Origin: the human T2T-CHM13v2.0 reference genome, Homo sapiens
Strand: one strand, 5' to 3'
Length of the DNA stretch: 64,000 nucleotides
Assembly (NCBI RefSeq): GCF_009914755.1
Contig: NC_060935.1
The position numbers and the translations under genes are program-made. Below the pieces are notes generated by a model, which was given only the letters and a program-made list of their open reading frames with translations, had not been told where the DNA came from and did no database searches. Shown piece after piece: positions 1-12,300 of the stretch (the first letter of the stretch is position 1; each line of letters begins with the position of its first letter).

Positions 1-201
1 GAATCTGCAAGTGGATATTTGGACCTCTCTGAGGATTTCGTTGGAAAAGGGATAAACTTCCCAGAACTACACGGAAGCATTCTGAGAAACTTCTTTGTGA
101 TGTTTGCATTCAACTCACAGAGTTGAACCTTGCTTTCATAGTTCAGCTTTCAAACACTCTTTTTGTAGGATCTGCAAGTGGATATTTGACCACTTTGTGG
201 C

Positions 202-218
202 CTTCCTTCGAAACGGGT
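202..218 (+). promoter_or_regulatory. Degenerate CENP-B box in the middle B-type monomer (fixed across HORs, predicted non-binding)
   Basis: CTTCCTTCGAAACGGGT lies at the box position, with the essential TTCG changed to TTCC. Confidence 0.85.
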
Positions 219-372
219 ATATCTTCACATCAAACCTAGACAGAAGCATTCTCAGAATGTTTCCTGTGATGACTGCATTCAACTCACAGAGGTGAACAAG
301 CCTGCTGATGGAGCAGTTTTGAAACTCTCTTTCTTTGGATTCTGCAAGTGGATATGTGGACCTCTGTGAAGA

Positions 373-389
373 TTTCGTTGGAAACGGGT
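373..389 (+). promoter_or_regulatory. Second intact CENP-B box (representative; one per HOR)
   Basis: TTTCGTTGGAAACGGGT retains all nine essential bases of nTTCGnnnnAnnCGGGn. Confidence 0.93.
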
Positions 390-504
390 TCATCTTCACA
401 GAAAAACTAAACAGGAGCATTCTCAGAAACTGCTTTGTGATGTTTGTGTTCCACTTCAGGAATTGAGCTTTCCTCTTGACAGAGCAGCTCTGAAACCCTC
501 TTTT

Positions 505-1354
505 TCTAGAATCTGCAAGTGGACATTTGGAGGGCTTTGAGTCCTGTGGTGGAAAAGGAAAATCTTCACATAAAAACTAGATGGAAGCATTCTCAGAAAC
601 TACTTTGTGATGATTGCATTCGACTCACAGAGTTGAACATTCCTATAGATAGAGCAGGTTGTAAACAATCTTTTTGTAGAATCTGCGATTGGAGATTTGG
701 ACTGCTTTGAGGCCTACTGTAGTAAAGGAAATAACTTCATCTAAAAACCAAACGGAAGCATTCACAGACAATTCTTAGTGATCATTGGATTGAACTAACA
801 GAGCTGAACATTCCTTTAGATGGCGCAGTTTCCAAACACACTTTCTGTAGAATCTGCAAGTGGATATTTGGACCTCTCTGAGGATTTCGTTGGAAACGGG
901 ATAAACTTCCCAGAACTACACGGAAGCATTCTGAGAAACTTCTTTGTGATATTTGCATTCAACTCACAGAGTTAAACCTTGCTTTCATAGTTCAGCTTTC
1001 AAACACTCTTTTTGTAGAATCTGCAAGTGGATATTGGGACCACTTTGTGGCCTTCCTTCAAAACGGGTATATCTTCACATCAAACCTAGACAGAAGCATT
1101 CTCAGAATGTTTCCTGTGATGACTGCATTCAACTCACAGAGGTGAACAATCCTGCTGAAGGAGCAGTTTTGAAACTCTCTTTCTTTGGATTCTGAAAGTG
1201 GATATGTGGACCTCTGTGAAGATTTCATTGGAAACGGGTTTATCTTCACAGAAAAACTAAACAGGAGCATTCTCAGAAACTGCTTTGTGATGTTTGTGTT
1301 CCACTTCAAGAATTGAACTTTCCTCTTGACAGAGCAGCTCTGAAACCCTCTTTT
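505..1354 (+). repeat. Representative HOR unit, XbaI to XbaI (850 bp, five monomers)
   Basis: TCTAGA at 505-510 and again at 1355-1360. A/B-box positions at 885, 1052, 1223, 1394, 1564, 1735 give spacings of 167, 171, 171, 170, 171 = 850. Confidence 0.95.
885..901 (+). promoter_or_regulatory. Canonical CENP-B box (representative; one per HOR)
   Basis: TTTCGTTGGAAACGGGA matches YTTCGTTGGAARCGGGA exactly. Confidence 0.97.
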
Positions 1355-1393
1355 TCTAGAATCTGCAAGTGGACATTTGGAGGGCTTTGAGGC

Positions 1394-1410
1394 CTGTGGT
1401 GGAAAAGGAA
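1394..1410 (+). promoter_or_regulatory. A-type monomer box (pJalpha-like), representative
   Basis: CTGTGGTGGAAAAGGAA lies at the position occupied by the CENP-B box in B monomers. Confidence 0.75.
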
Positions 1411-1563
1411 AATCTTCACATAAAAACTAGATGGAAGCATTCTCAGAAACTACTTTGCGATGATTGCATTCGACTCACAGAGTTGAACATTCCTATAGAT
1501 AGAGCCGGTTGTAAACAATCTTTTTGTAGAATCTGCGATTGGAGATTTGGACTGCTTTGAGGC

Positions 1564-1580
1564 CTACTGTAGTAAAGGAA
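1564..1580 (+). promoter_or_regulatory. Second A-type monomer box (diverged pJalpha-like), representative
   Basis: CTACTGTAGTAAAGGAA at the box position. Together with the preceding monomer it gives the B-B-B-A-A order typical of SF3 W1-W5 pentamers. Confidence 0.7.
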
Positions 1581-4500
1581 ATAACTTCATCTAAAAACCA
1601 AACGGAAGCATTCACAGACAGTTCTTAGTGATCATTGGATAGAACTAACAGAGCTGAACATTCCTTTAGATGGAGCAGTTTCCAAACACACTTTCTGTAG
1701 AATCTGCAAGTGGATATTTGGACCTCTCTGAGGATTTCGTTGGAAACGGGATAAACTTCCCAGAACTACACGAAAGTATTCTGAGAAACTTCTTTGTGAT
1801 GTTTGCATTCAACTCACAGAGTTGAACCTTGCTTTCATAGTTCAGCTTTCAAACACTCTTTTTGTAGAATCTGCAAGTGGATATTTGGACCACTTTGTGG
1901 CCTTCCTTCGAAACGGGTATATCTTCACATCAAACCTACACAGAAGCATTCTCAGAATGTTTCCTGTGATGACTGCATTCAACTCACAGAGGTGAACAAT
2001 CCTGCTGATGGAGCAGTTTTGAAACTCTCTTTCTTTGGATTCTGCAAGTGGATATGTGGACCTCTGTGAAGATTTCATTGGAAACGGGTTTATCTTCACA
2101 GAAAAACTAAACAGAAGCATTCTCAGAAACTGCTTTGTGATGTTTGTGTTCCACTTCAAGAATTGAACTTTCCTCTTGACAGAGCAGCTCTGAAACCCTC
2201 TTTTTCCAGAATCTGCAAGTGGACATTTGGAGGGCTTTGAGGCCTGTGTGGAAAAGGAAAATCTTCACATAAAAACTAGATGGAAGCATTCTCAGAAACT
2301 ACTTTGCGATGATTGCATTCGACTCACAGAGTTGAACATTCCTATAGATAGAGCAGGTTGTAAACAATCTTTTTGTAGAATCTGCGATTGGAGATTTGGA
2401 CTGCTTTGAGGCCTACTGTAGTAAAGGAAATAACTACATCTAAAAACCAAACGGAAGCATTCACAGACAATTCTTAGTGATCATTGGATTGAACTAACAG
2501 AGCTGAACATTCCTTTAGATGGAGCAGTTTCCAAACACACTTTCTGTAGAATCTGCAAGTGGATATTTGGACCTCTCTGAGGATTTCGTTGGAAACGGGA
2601 TAAACTTCCCAGAACTACACGGAAGCATTCTGAGAAACTTCTTTGTGATGTTTGCATTCAACTCACAGAGTTGAACCTTGCTTTCATAGTTCAGCTTTCA
2701 AACACTCTTTTTGTAGAATCTGCAAGTGGATATTTGGACCACTTTGTGGCCTTCCTTCGAAACGGGTATATCTTCACATCAAACCTAGACAGAAGCATTC
2801 TCAGAATGTTTCCTGTGATGACTGCATTCAACTCACAGAGGTGAACAATCCTGCTGATGGAGCAGTTTTGAAACTCTCTTTCTTTGGATTCTGCAATTGG
2901 ATATGTGGACCTCTGTGAAGATTTCGTTGGAAACGGGTTCATCTTCACAGAAAAACTAAACAGGAGCATTCTCAGAAACTGCTTTGTGATGTTTGTGTTC
3001 CACTTCAGGAATTGAACTTTCCTCTTGACAGAGCAGCTCTGAAACCCTCTTTTTCTAGAATCTGCAAGTGGACATTTGGAGGGCTTTGAGGCCTGTGGTG
3101 GAAAAGGAAAATCTTCACAAAAAAATTAGATGGAAGCATTCTCAGAAACTACTTTGTGATGATTGCATTCGACTCACAGAGTTGAACATTCCTATAGATA
3201 GAGCAGGTTGTAAGCAATCTTTTTGTAGAATCTGCGATTGGAGATTTGGACTGCTTTGAGGCCTACTGTAGTAAAGGAAATAACTTCATCTAAAAACCAA
3301 ACGGAAGCATTCACAGACAATTCTTACTGATCATTGGATTGAACTAACAGAGCTGAACATTCCTTTAGATGGCGCAGTTTCCAAACACACTTTCTGTAGA
3401 ATCTGCCACTGGATATTTGGACCTCTCTGAGGATTTCGTTGGAAACGGGCTAAACTTCCCAGAACTACACGGAAGCATTCTGAGAAACTTCTTTGTGATG
3501 TTTGCATTCAACTCACAGAGTTGAACCTTGCTTTCATAGTTCATCTTTCAAACACTCTTTTTGTAGAATCTGCAAGTGCATATTTGGACCACTTTGTGGC
3601 CTTCCTTCGAAACGGGTATATCTTCACATCAAACCTAGACAGAAGCATTCTCAGAATGTTTCCTGTGATGACTGCATTCAACTCACAGAGGTGAACAATC
3701 CTGCTGATGGAGCAGTTTTGAAACTCTCTTTCTTTGGATTCTGCAAGTGGATATGTGGACCTCTGTGAAGATTTCGTTGGAAACGGGTTCATCTTCACAG
3801 AAAAATTAAACAGGAGCATTCTCAGAAACTGCTTTGTGATGTTTGTGTTCCACTTCAGGAATTGAACTTTCCTCTTGACAGAGCAGCTCTGAAACCCTCT
3901 TTTTCTAGAATCTGCAAGTGGACATTTGGAGGGCTTTGAGTCCTGTGGTGGAAAAGGAAAATCTTCACATAAAAACTAGATGGAAGCATTCTCAGAAACT
4001 ACTTTGCGATGATTGCATTCGACTCACAGAGTTGAACATTCCTATAGATAGAGCAGGTTGTAAACAATCTTTTTGTAGAATCTGCGATTGGAGATTTGGA
4101 CTGCTTTGAGGCCTACTGTAGTAAAGGAAATAACTTCATCTAAAAACCAAACGGAAGCATTCACAGACAGTTCTTAGTGATCATTGGATAGAACTAACAG
4201 AGCTGAACATTCCTTTAGATGGAGCAGTTTCCAAACACACTTTCTGTAGAATCTGCAAGTGGATATTTGGACCTCTCTGAGGATTTCGTTGGAAACGGGA
4301 TAAACTTCCCAGAACTACACGAAAGTATTCTGAGAAACTTCTTTGTGATGTTTGCATTCAACTCACAGAGTTGAACCTTGCTTTCATAGTTCAGCTTTCA
4401 AACACTCTTTTTGTAGAATCTGCAAGTGGATATTTGGACCACTTTGTGGCCTTCCTTCGAAACGGGTATATCTTCACATCAAACCTAGACAGAAGCATTC

Positions 4501-5959
4501 TCAGAATGTTTCCTGTGATGACTGCATTCAACTCACAGAGGTGAACAATCCTGCTGATGGAGCAGTTTTGAAACTCTCTTTCTTTGGATTCTGCAAGTGG
4601 ATATGTGGACCTCTGTGAAGATTTCATTGGAAACGGGTTTATCTTCACAGAAAAACTAAACAGAAGCATTCTCAGAAACTGCTTTGTGATGTTTGTGTTC
4701 CACTTCAAGAATTGAACTTTCCTCTTGACAGAGCAGCTCTGAAACCCTCTTTTTCTAGAATCTGCAAGTGGACATTTGGAGGGCTTTGAGGCCTGTGTGG
4801 AAAAGGAAAATCTTCACATAAAAACTAGATGGAAGCATTCTCAGAAACTACTTTGCGATGATTGCATTCGACTCACAGAGTTGAACATTCCTATAGATAG
4901 AGCAGGTTGTAAACAATCTTTTTGTAGAATCTGCGATTGGAGATTTGGACTGCTTTGAGGCCTACTGTAGTAAAGGAAATAACTTCATCTAAAAACCAAA
5001 CGGAAGCATTCACAGACAATTCTTAATGATCATTGGATTGAACTAACAGAGCTGAACATTCCTTTAGATGGAGCAGTTTCCAAACACACTTTCTGTAGAA
5101 TCTGCAAGTGGATATTTGGACCTCTCTGAGGATATCGTTGGAAAAGGGATAAACTTCCCAGAACTACACGGAAGCATTCTGAGAAATTTCTTTGTGATGT
5201 TTGCATTCAATTCACAGAGTTGAACCTTGCTTTCATAGTTCAGCTTTCAAACACTCTTTTTGTAGGATCTGCAAGTGGATATTTGACCACTTTGTGGCCT
5301 TCCTTCGAAACGGGTATATCTTCACATCAAACCTAGACAGAAGCATTCTCAGAATGTTTCCTGTGATGACTGCATTCAACTCACAGAGGTGAACAATCCT
5401 GCTGATGGAGCAGTTTTGAAACTCTCCTTCTTTGGATTCTGCAAGTGGATATGTGGACCTCTGTGAAGATTTCGTTGGAAACGGGTTCATCTTCACAGAA
5501 AAACTAAACAGGAGCATTCTCAGAAACTGCTTTGTGATGTTTGTGTTCCACTTCAGGAATTGAACTTTCCTCTTGACAGAGCAGCTCTGAAACCCTCTTT
5601 TTCTAGAATCTGCAAGTGGACATTTGGAGGGCTTTGAGGCCTGTGGTGGAAAAGGAAAATCTTCACATAAAAATTAGATGGAAGCATTCTCAGAAACTAC
5701 TTTGTGATGATTGCATTCGACTCACAGAGTTGAACATTCCTATAGATAGAGCAGGTAGTAAACAATCTTTTTGTAGAATCTGCGATTGGAGATTTGGACT
5801 GCTTTGAGGCCTACTGTAGTAAAGGAAATAACTTCATCTAAAAACCAAACGGAAGCATTCACAGACAATTCTTAGTGATCATTGGATTGAACAAACAGAG
5901 CTGAACATTCCTTTAGATGGCGCAGTTTCCAAACACACTTTCTGTAGAATCTGCCACTG

Positions 5960-8900
5960 GATATTTGGACCTCTCTGAGGATTTCGTTGGAAACGGGCTA
6001 AACTTCCCAGAACTACACGGAAGCATTCTGAGAAACTTCTTTGTGATGTTTGCATTCAACTCACAGAGTTGAACCTTGCTTTCATAGTTCAGCTTTCAAA
6101 CACTCTTTTTGTAGAATCTGCAAGTGGATATTTGGACCACTTTGTGGCCTTCCTTCGAAACGGGTATATCTTCACATCAAACCTAGACAGAAGCATTCTC
6201 AGAATGTTTCCTGTGATGACTGCATTCAACTCACAGAGGTGAACAATCCTGCTGATGGAGCAGTTTTGAAACTCTCTTTCTTTGGATTCTGCAAGTGGAT
6301 ATGTGGACCTCTGTGAAGATTTCGTTGGAAACGGGTTCATCTTCACAGAAAAACTAAACAGGAGCATTCTCAGAAACTGCTTTGTGATGTTTGTGTTCCA
6401 CTTCAGGAATTGAACTTTCCTCTTGACAGAGCAGCTCTGAAACCCTCTTTTTCTAGAATCTGCAAGTGGACATTTGGAGGGCTTTGAGGCCTGTGGTGGA
6501 AAAGGAAAATCTTCACATAAAAACTAGATGGAGGCATTCTCAGAAACTACTTTGTGATGATTGCATTCGACTCACAGAGTTGAACATTCCTATAGATAGA
6601 GCAGGGTGTAAACAATCTTTTTGTAGAATCTGCGATTGGAGATTTTACTGCTTTGAGGCCTACTGTAGTAAAGGAAATAACTTCATCTAAAAACCAAACG
6701 GAAGCATTCACAGACAATTCTTAGTGATCATTGGATTGAACTAACAGAGCTGAACATTCCTTTAGATGGCGCAGATTCCAAACACACTTTCTGTAGAATC
6801 TGCAAGTGGATATTTGGACCTCTCTGAGGATTTCGTTGGAAACGGGATAAACTTCCCAGAACTACACGGAAGCATTCTGAGAAACTTCTGTGTGATGTTT
6901 GCATTCAACTCACAGAGTTGAACCTTGCTTTCATAGTTCAGCTTTCAAACACTCTTTTTGTAGAATCTGCAAGTGGATATTTGGACCACTTTGTGGCCTT
7001 CCTTCGAAACGGGTATATCTTCACATCAAACCTAGACAGAAGCATTCTCAGAATGTTTCCTGTGATGACTGCATTCAACTCACAGAGGTGAACAATCCTG
7101 CTGATGGACCAGCTTTGAAACTTTCTTTCTTTGGATTCTGCAAGTGGATATGTGGACCTCTGTGAAGATTTCGTTGGAAACGGGTTCATCTTCACAGAAA
7201 AACTAAACAGGAGCATTCTCAGAAACTGCTTTGTGATGTTTGTGTTCCACTTCAGGAATTGAACTTTCCTCTTGACAGAGCAGCTCTGAAACCCTCTTTT
7301 TCTAGAATCTGCAAGTGGACATTTGGAGGGCTTTGAGGCCTGTGGTGGAAAAGGAAAATCTTCACATAAAAACTAGATGGAAGCATTCTCAGAAACTACT
7401 TTGTGATGATTGCATTCGACTCACAGAGTTGAACATTCCTATAGATAGAGCAGGTTGTAAACAATCTTTTTGTAGAATCTGCGATTGGAGATTTGGACTG
7501 CTTTGAGGCCTACTGTAGTAAAGGAAATAACTTCATCTAAAAACCAAACGGAAGCATTCACAGACAATTCTTAGTGATCATTGGATTGAACTAACAGAGC
7601 TGAACATTCCTTTAGATGGCGCAGTTTCCAAACACACTTTCTGTAGAATCTGCAAGTGGATATTTGGACCTCTCTGAGGATTTCGTTGGAAACGGGCTAA
7701 ACTTCCCAGAACTACACGGAAGCATTCTGAGAAACTTCTTTGTGATGTTTGCATTCAACTCACAGAGTTGAACCTTGCTTTCATAGTTCAGCTTTCAAAC
7801 ACTCTTTTTGTAGAATCTGCAAGTGGATATTTGGACCACTTTGTGGCCTTCCTTCGAAACGGGTATATCTTCACATCAAACCTAGACAGAAGCATTCTCA
7901 GAATGTTTCCTGTGATGACTGCATTCAACTCACAGAGGTGAACAATCCTGCTGATGGAGCAGTTTTGAAACTCTCTTTCTTTGGATTCTGCAAGTGGATA
8001 TGTGGACCTCTGTGAAGATTTCGTTGGAAACGGGTTCATCTTCACAGAAAAACTAAACAGGAGCATTCTCACAAACTGCTTTGTGATGTTTGTGTTCCAC
8101 TTCAGGAATTGAACTTTCCTCTTGACAGAGCAGCTCTGAAACCCTCTTTTTCTAGAATCTGCAAGTGGACATTTGGAGGGCTTTGAGGCCTGTGGTGGAA
8201 AAGGAAAATCTTCACATAAAAACTAGATGGAGGCATTCTCAGAAACTACTTTGTGATGATTGCATTCGACTCACAGAGTTGAACATTCCTATAGATAGAG
8301 CAGGGTGTAAACAATCTTTTTGTAGAATCTGCGATTGGAGATTTTACTGCTTTGAGGCCTACTGTAGTAAAGGAAATAACTTCATCTAAAAACCAAACGG
8401 AAGCATTCACAGACAATTCTTAGTGATCATTGGATTGAACTAACAGAGCTGAACATTCCTTTAGATGGCGCAGATTCCAAACACACTTTCTGTAGAATCT
8501 GCAAGTGGATATTTGGACCTCTCTGAGGATTTCGTTGGAAACGGGATAAACTTCCCAGAACTACACGGAAGCATTCTGAGAAACTTCTGTGTGATGTTTG
8601 CATTCAACTCACAGAGTTGAACCTTGCTTTCATAGTTCAGCTTTCATACACTCTTTTTGTAGAATCTGCAAGTGGATATTTGGACCACTTTGTGGCCTTC
8701 CTTCGAAACGGGTATATCTTCACATCAAACCTAGACAGAAGCATTCTCAGAATGTTTCCTGTGATGACTGCATTCAACTCACAGAGGTGAACAATCCTGC
8801 TGATGGACCAGCTTTGAAACTTTCTTTCTTTGGATTCTGCAAGTGGATATGTGGACCTCTGTGAAGATTTCGTTGGAAACGGGTTCATCTTCACAGAAAA

Positions 8901-9320
8901 ACTAAACAGGAGCATTCTCAGAAACTGCTTTGTGATGTTTGTGTTCCACTTCAGGAATTGAACTTTCCTCTTGACAGAGCAGCTCTGAAACCCTCTTTTT
9001 CTAGAATCTGCAAGTGGACATTTGGAGGGCTTTGAGGCCTGTGGTGGAAAAGGAAAATCTTCACATAAAAACTAGATGGAAGCATTCTCAGAAACTACTT
9101 TGTGATGATTGCATTCGACTCACAGAGTTGAACATTCCTATAGATAGAGCAGGTTGTAAACAATCTTTTTGTAGAATCTGCGATTGGAGATTTGGACTGC
9201 TTTGAGGCCTACTGTAGTAAAGGAAATAACTTCATCTAAAAACCAAACGGAAGCATTCACAGACAATTCTTAGTGATCATTGGATTGAACTAACAGAGCT
9301 GAACATTCCTTTAGATGGCG
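5960..9320 (+). repeat. Tandem duplication of a 2-HOR unit (1,699-bp period)
   Basis: Shared variants at offset 1699: GGAGGCATT (~6534/8233), GCAGGGTGT (~6606/8305), TTTTACTG deletion (~6645/8344), CTTCTGTGT (~6890/8589), GGACCAGCT (~7109/8808). ORF-track pairs 6466/8165 and 6899/8598 agree. Confidence 0.85.
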
Positions 9321-9399
9321 CAGATTCCAAACACACTTTCTGTAGAATCTGCAAGTGGATATTTGGACCTCTCTGAGGATTTCGTTGGAAACGGGATAA

Positions 9400-12300
9400 A
9401 CTTCCCAGAACTACACGGAAGCATTCTGAGAAACTTCTTTGTGATGTTTGCATTCAACTCACAGACTTGAACCTTGCTTTCATAGTTCAGCTTTCAAATA
9501 CTCTTTTTGTAGAATCTGCAAGTGGATATTTGGACCACTTTGTGGCCTTCCTTCCAAACGGGTATATCTTCACATCAAACCTAGACAGAAGCATTCTCAG
9601 AATGTTTCCTGTGATGACTGCATTCAACTCACAGAGGTGAACCATCCTGTTGATGGAGCAGTTTTGAAACTTCCTTTCTTTGGATTCTGCAAGTGGATAT
9701 GTGGACCTCTGTGAAGATTTCGTTGGAAACGGGTTCATCTTCACAGAAAAACTAAACAGGAGCATTCTCACAAACTGCTTTGTGATGTTTGTGTTCCACT
9801 TCAGGAATTGAACTTTCCTCTTGACAGAGCAGCTCTGAAACCCTCTTTTTCTAGAATCTGCAAGTGGACATTTGGAGGGCTTTGAGGCCTGTGGTGGAAA
9901 AGGAAAATCTTCACATAAAAACTAGATGGAAGCATTCTCAGAAACTACTTTGTGATGATTGCATTCGACTCACAGAGTTGAACATTCCTATAGATAGAGC
10001 AGGTTGTAAACAATCTTTTTGTAGAATCTGCGGTTGGAGATTTGGACTGCTTTGAGGCCTACTGTAGTAAAGGAAATAACTTCATTTAAAAACCAAACGG
10101 AAGCATTCACAGACAATTCTTAGTGATCATTGGATTGAACTAACAGAGCTGAACATTCCTTTAGATGGCGCAGTTTCCAAACACACTTTCTGTAGAATCT
10201 GCAAGTGGACATTTGGACCTCTCTGAGGGTTTCGTTGGAAACGGGATAAACTTCCCAGAACTACACGGAAGCATTCTGAGAAACTACTTTGTGATGTTTG
10301 CATTCAACTCACAGAGTTGAAACTTGCTTTCATAATTCAGCTTTCAAACACTCTTTTTGTAGAATCTGCAAGTGGATATTTGGACCACTTTGTGGCCTTC
10401 CTTCGAAACGGGTATATCTTCACATCAAACCTAGACAGAAGCATTCTCAGAATGTTTCCTGTGATGACTGCATTCAACTCACCGAGGTGAACAATCCTGT
10501 TGATGGAGCAGTTTTGAAACTCTCTTTCTTTGGATTCTGCAAGTGGATATGTGGACCTCTGTGAAGATTTCGTTGGAAACGGGTTCATCTTCACAGAAAA
10601 ACTAAACAGGAGCATTCTCAGAAACTGCTTTGTGATGTCTGTGTTCCACTTCAAGAATTGAACTTTCCTCTTGACAGAGCAGTTCTGAAACCCTCTTTTT
10701 CTAGAATCTGCAAGTGGACATTTGGAGGGCTTTGAGGCCTGTGGTGGAAAAGGAAAATCTTCACATAAAAACTAGATGGAATCATTCTCAGAAACTACTT
10801 TGTGATGATTGCATTCGACTCACAGAGTTGAACATTCCTATAGATAGAGCAGGTTGTAAACAATCTTTTTGTAGAATCTGCGATTGGAGATTTGGACTGC
10901 TTTGAGGCCTACTGTAGTAAAGGAAATAACTTCATCTAAAAACCAAACGGAAGCATTCACAGACAATTCTTAGTGATCATTGGATTGAACTAACAGAGCT
11001 GAACATTCCTTTAGATGGCGCAGTTTCCAAACACACTTTCTGTAGAATCTGCAAGTGGATATTTGGACCTCTGTGAGGATTTCGTTGGAAACGGGATAAA
11101 CTTCCCAGAACTACACGGAAGCATTCTGAGAAACTTCTTTGTGATGTTTGCATTCAACTCACAGAGTTGAACCTTGCTTTCATAGTTCAGCTTTCAAACA
11201 CTCTTTTTGTAGAATCTGCAAGTGGATATTTGGACCACTTTGTGGCCTTCCTTCGAAACGGGTATATCTTCACATCAAACCTAGACAGAAGCATTCTCAG
11301 AATGTTTCCTGTGATGACTGCATTCAACTCACAGAGGTGAACAATCCTGCTGATGGAGCAGTTTTGAAACTCTCTTTCTTTGGATTCTGCAAGTGGATAT
11401 GTGGACCTCTGTGAAGATTTCGTTGGAAACGGGTTCATCTTCACAGAAAAACTAAACAGGAGCATTCTCAGAAACTGCTTTGTGATGTTTGTGTTCCACT
11501 TCAGGAATTGAACTTTCCTCTTGACAGAGCAGCTCTGAAACCCTCTTTTTCTAGAATCTGCAAGTGGACATTTGGAGGGCTTTGAGGCCTGTGGTGGAAA
11601 AGGAAAATCTACACATAAAAACTAGATGGAGGCATTCTCAGAAACTACTTTGTGATGATTGCATTCGACTCACAGAGTTGAACATTCCTATAGATAGAGC
11701 AGGTTGTAAACAATCTTTTTGTAGAATCTGCGATTGGAGATTTTACTGCTTTGAGGCCTACTCTAGTAAAGGAAATAACTTCATCTAAAAACCAAACGGA
11801 AGCATTCACAGACAATTCTTAGTGATCATTGGATTGAACTAACAGAGCTGAACATTCCTTTAGATGGAGCAGTTTCCAAACACACTTTCTGTAGAATCTG
11901 CAAGTGGATATTTGGACCTCTCTGAGGATTTCGTTGGAAACGGGATAAACTTCCCAGAACTACACGGAAGCATTCTGAGAAACTTCTTTGTGATGTTTGC
12001 ATTCAACTCACAGAGTTGAACCTTGCTTTCATAGTTCAGATTTCAAACACTCTTTTTGTAGGATCCGCAAGTGGATATTTGGACCACTTTGTGGCCTTCC
12101 TTCGAAACGGGTATATCTTCACATCAAACCTAGACAGAAGCATTCTCAGAATGTTTCCTGTGATGACTGCATTCAACTCACAGAGGTGAACAATCCTGCT
12201 GATGGACCAGTTTTGAAACTCTCTTTCTTTGGATTCTGCAAGTGGATATGTGGACCTCTGTGAAGATTTCGTTGGAAACGGGTTCATCTTCACAGAAAAA

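Noticed and set aside
480-492. Short dyad CAGAGC-A-GCTCTG in each HOR, and 10-bp palindromes AGTGATCACT (52601, 54301) and AATGATCATT (~5025)
   Set aside because: These are too short for stable structure; small dyads are common in alpha satellite and the variants are single substitutions.
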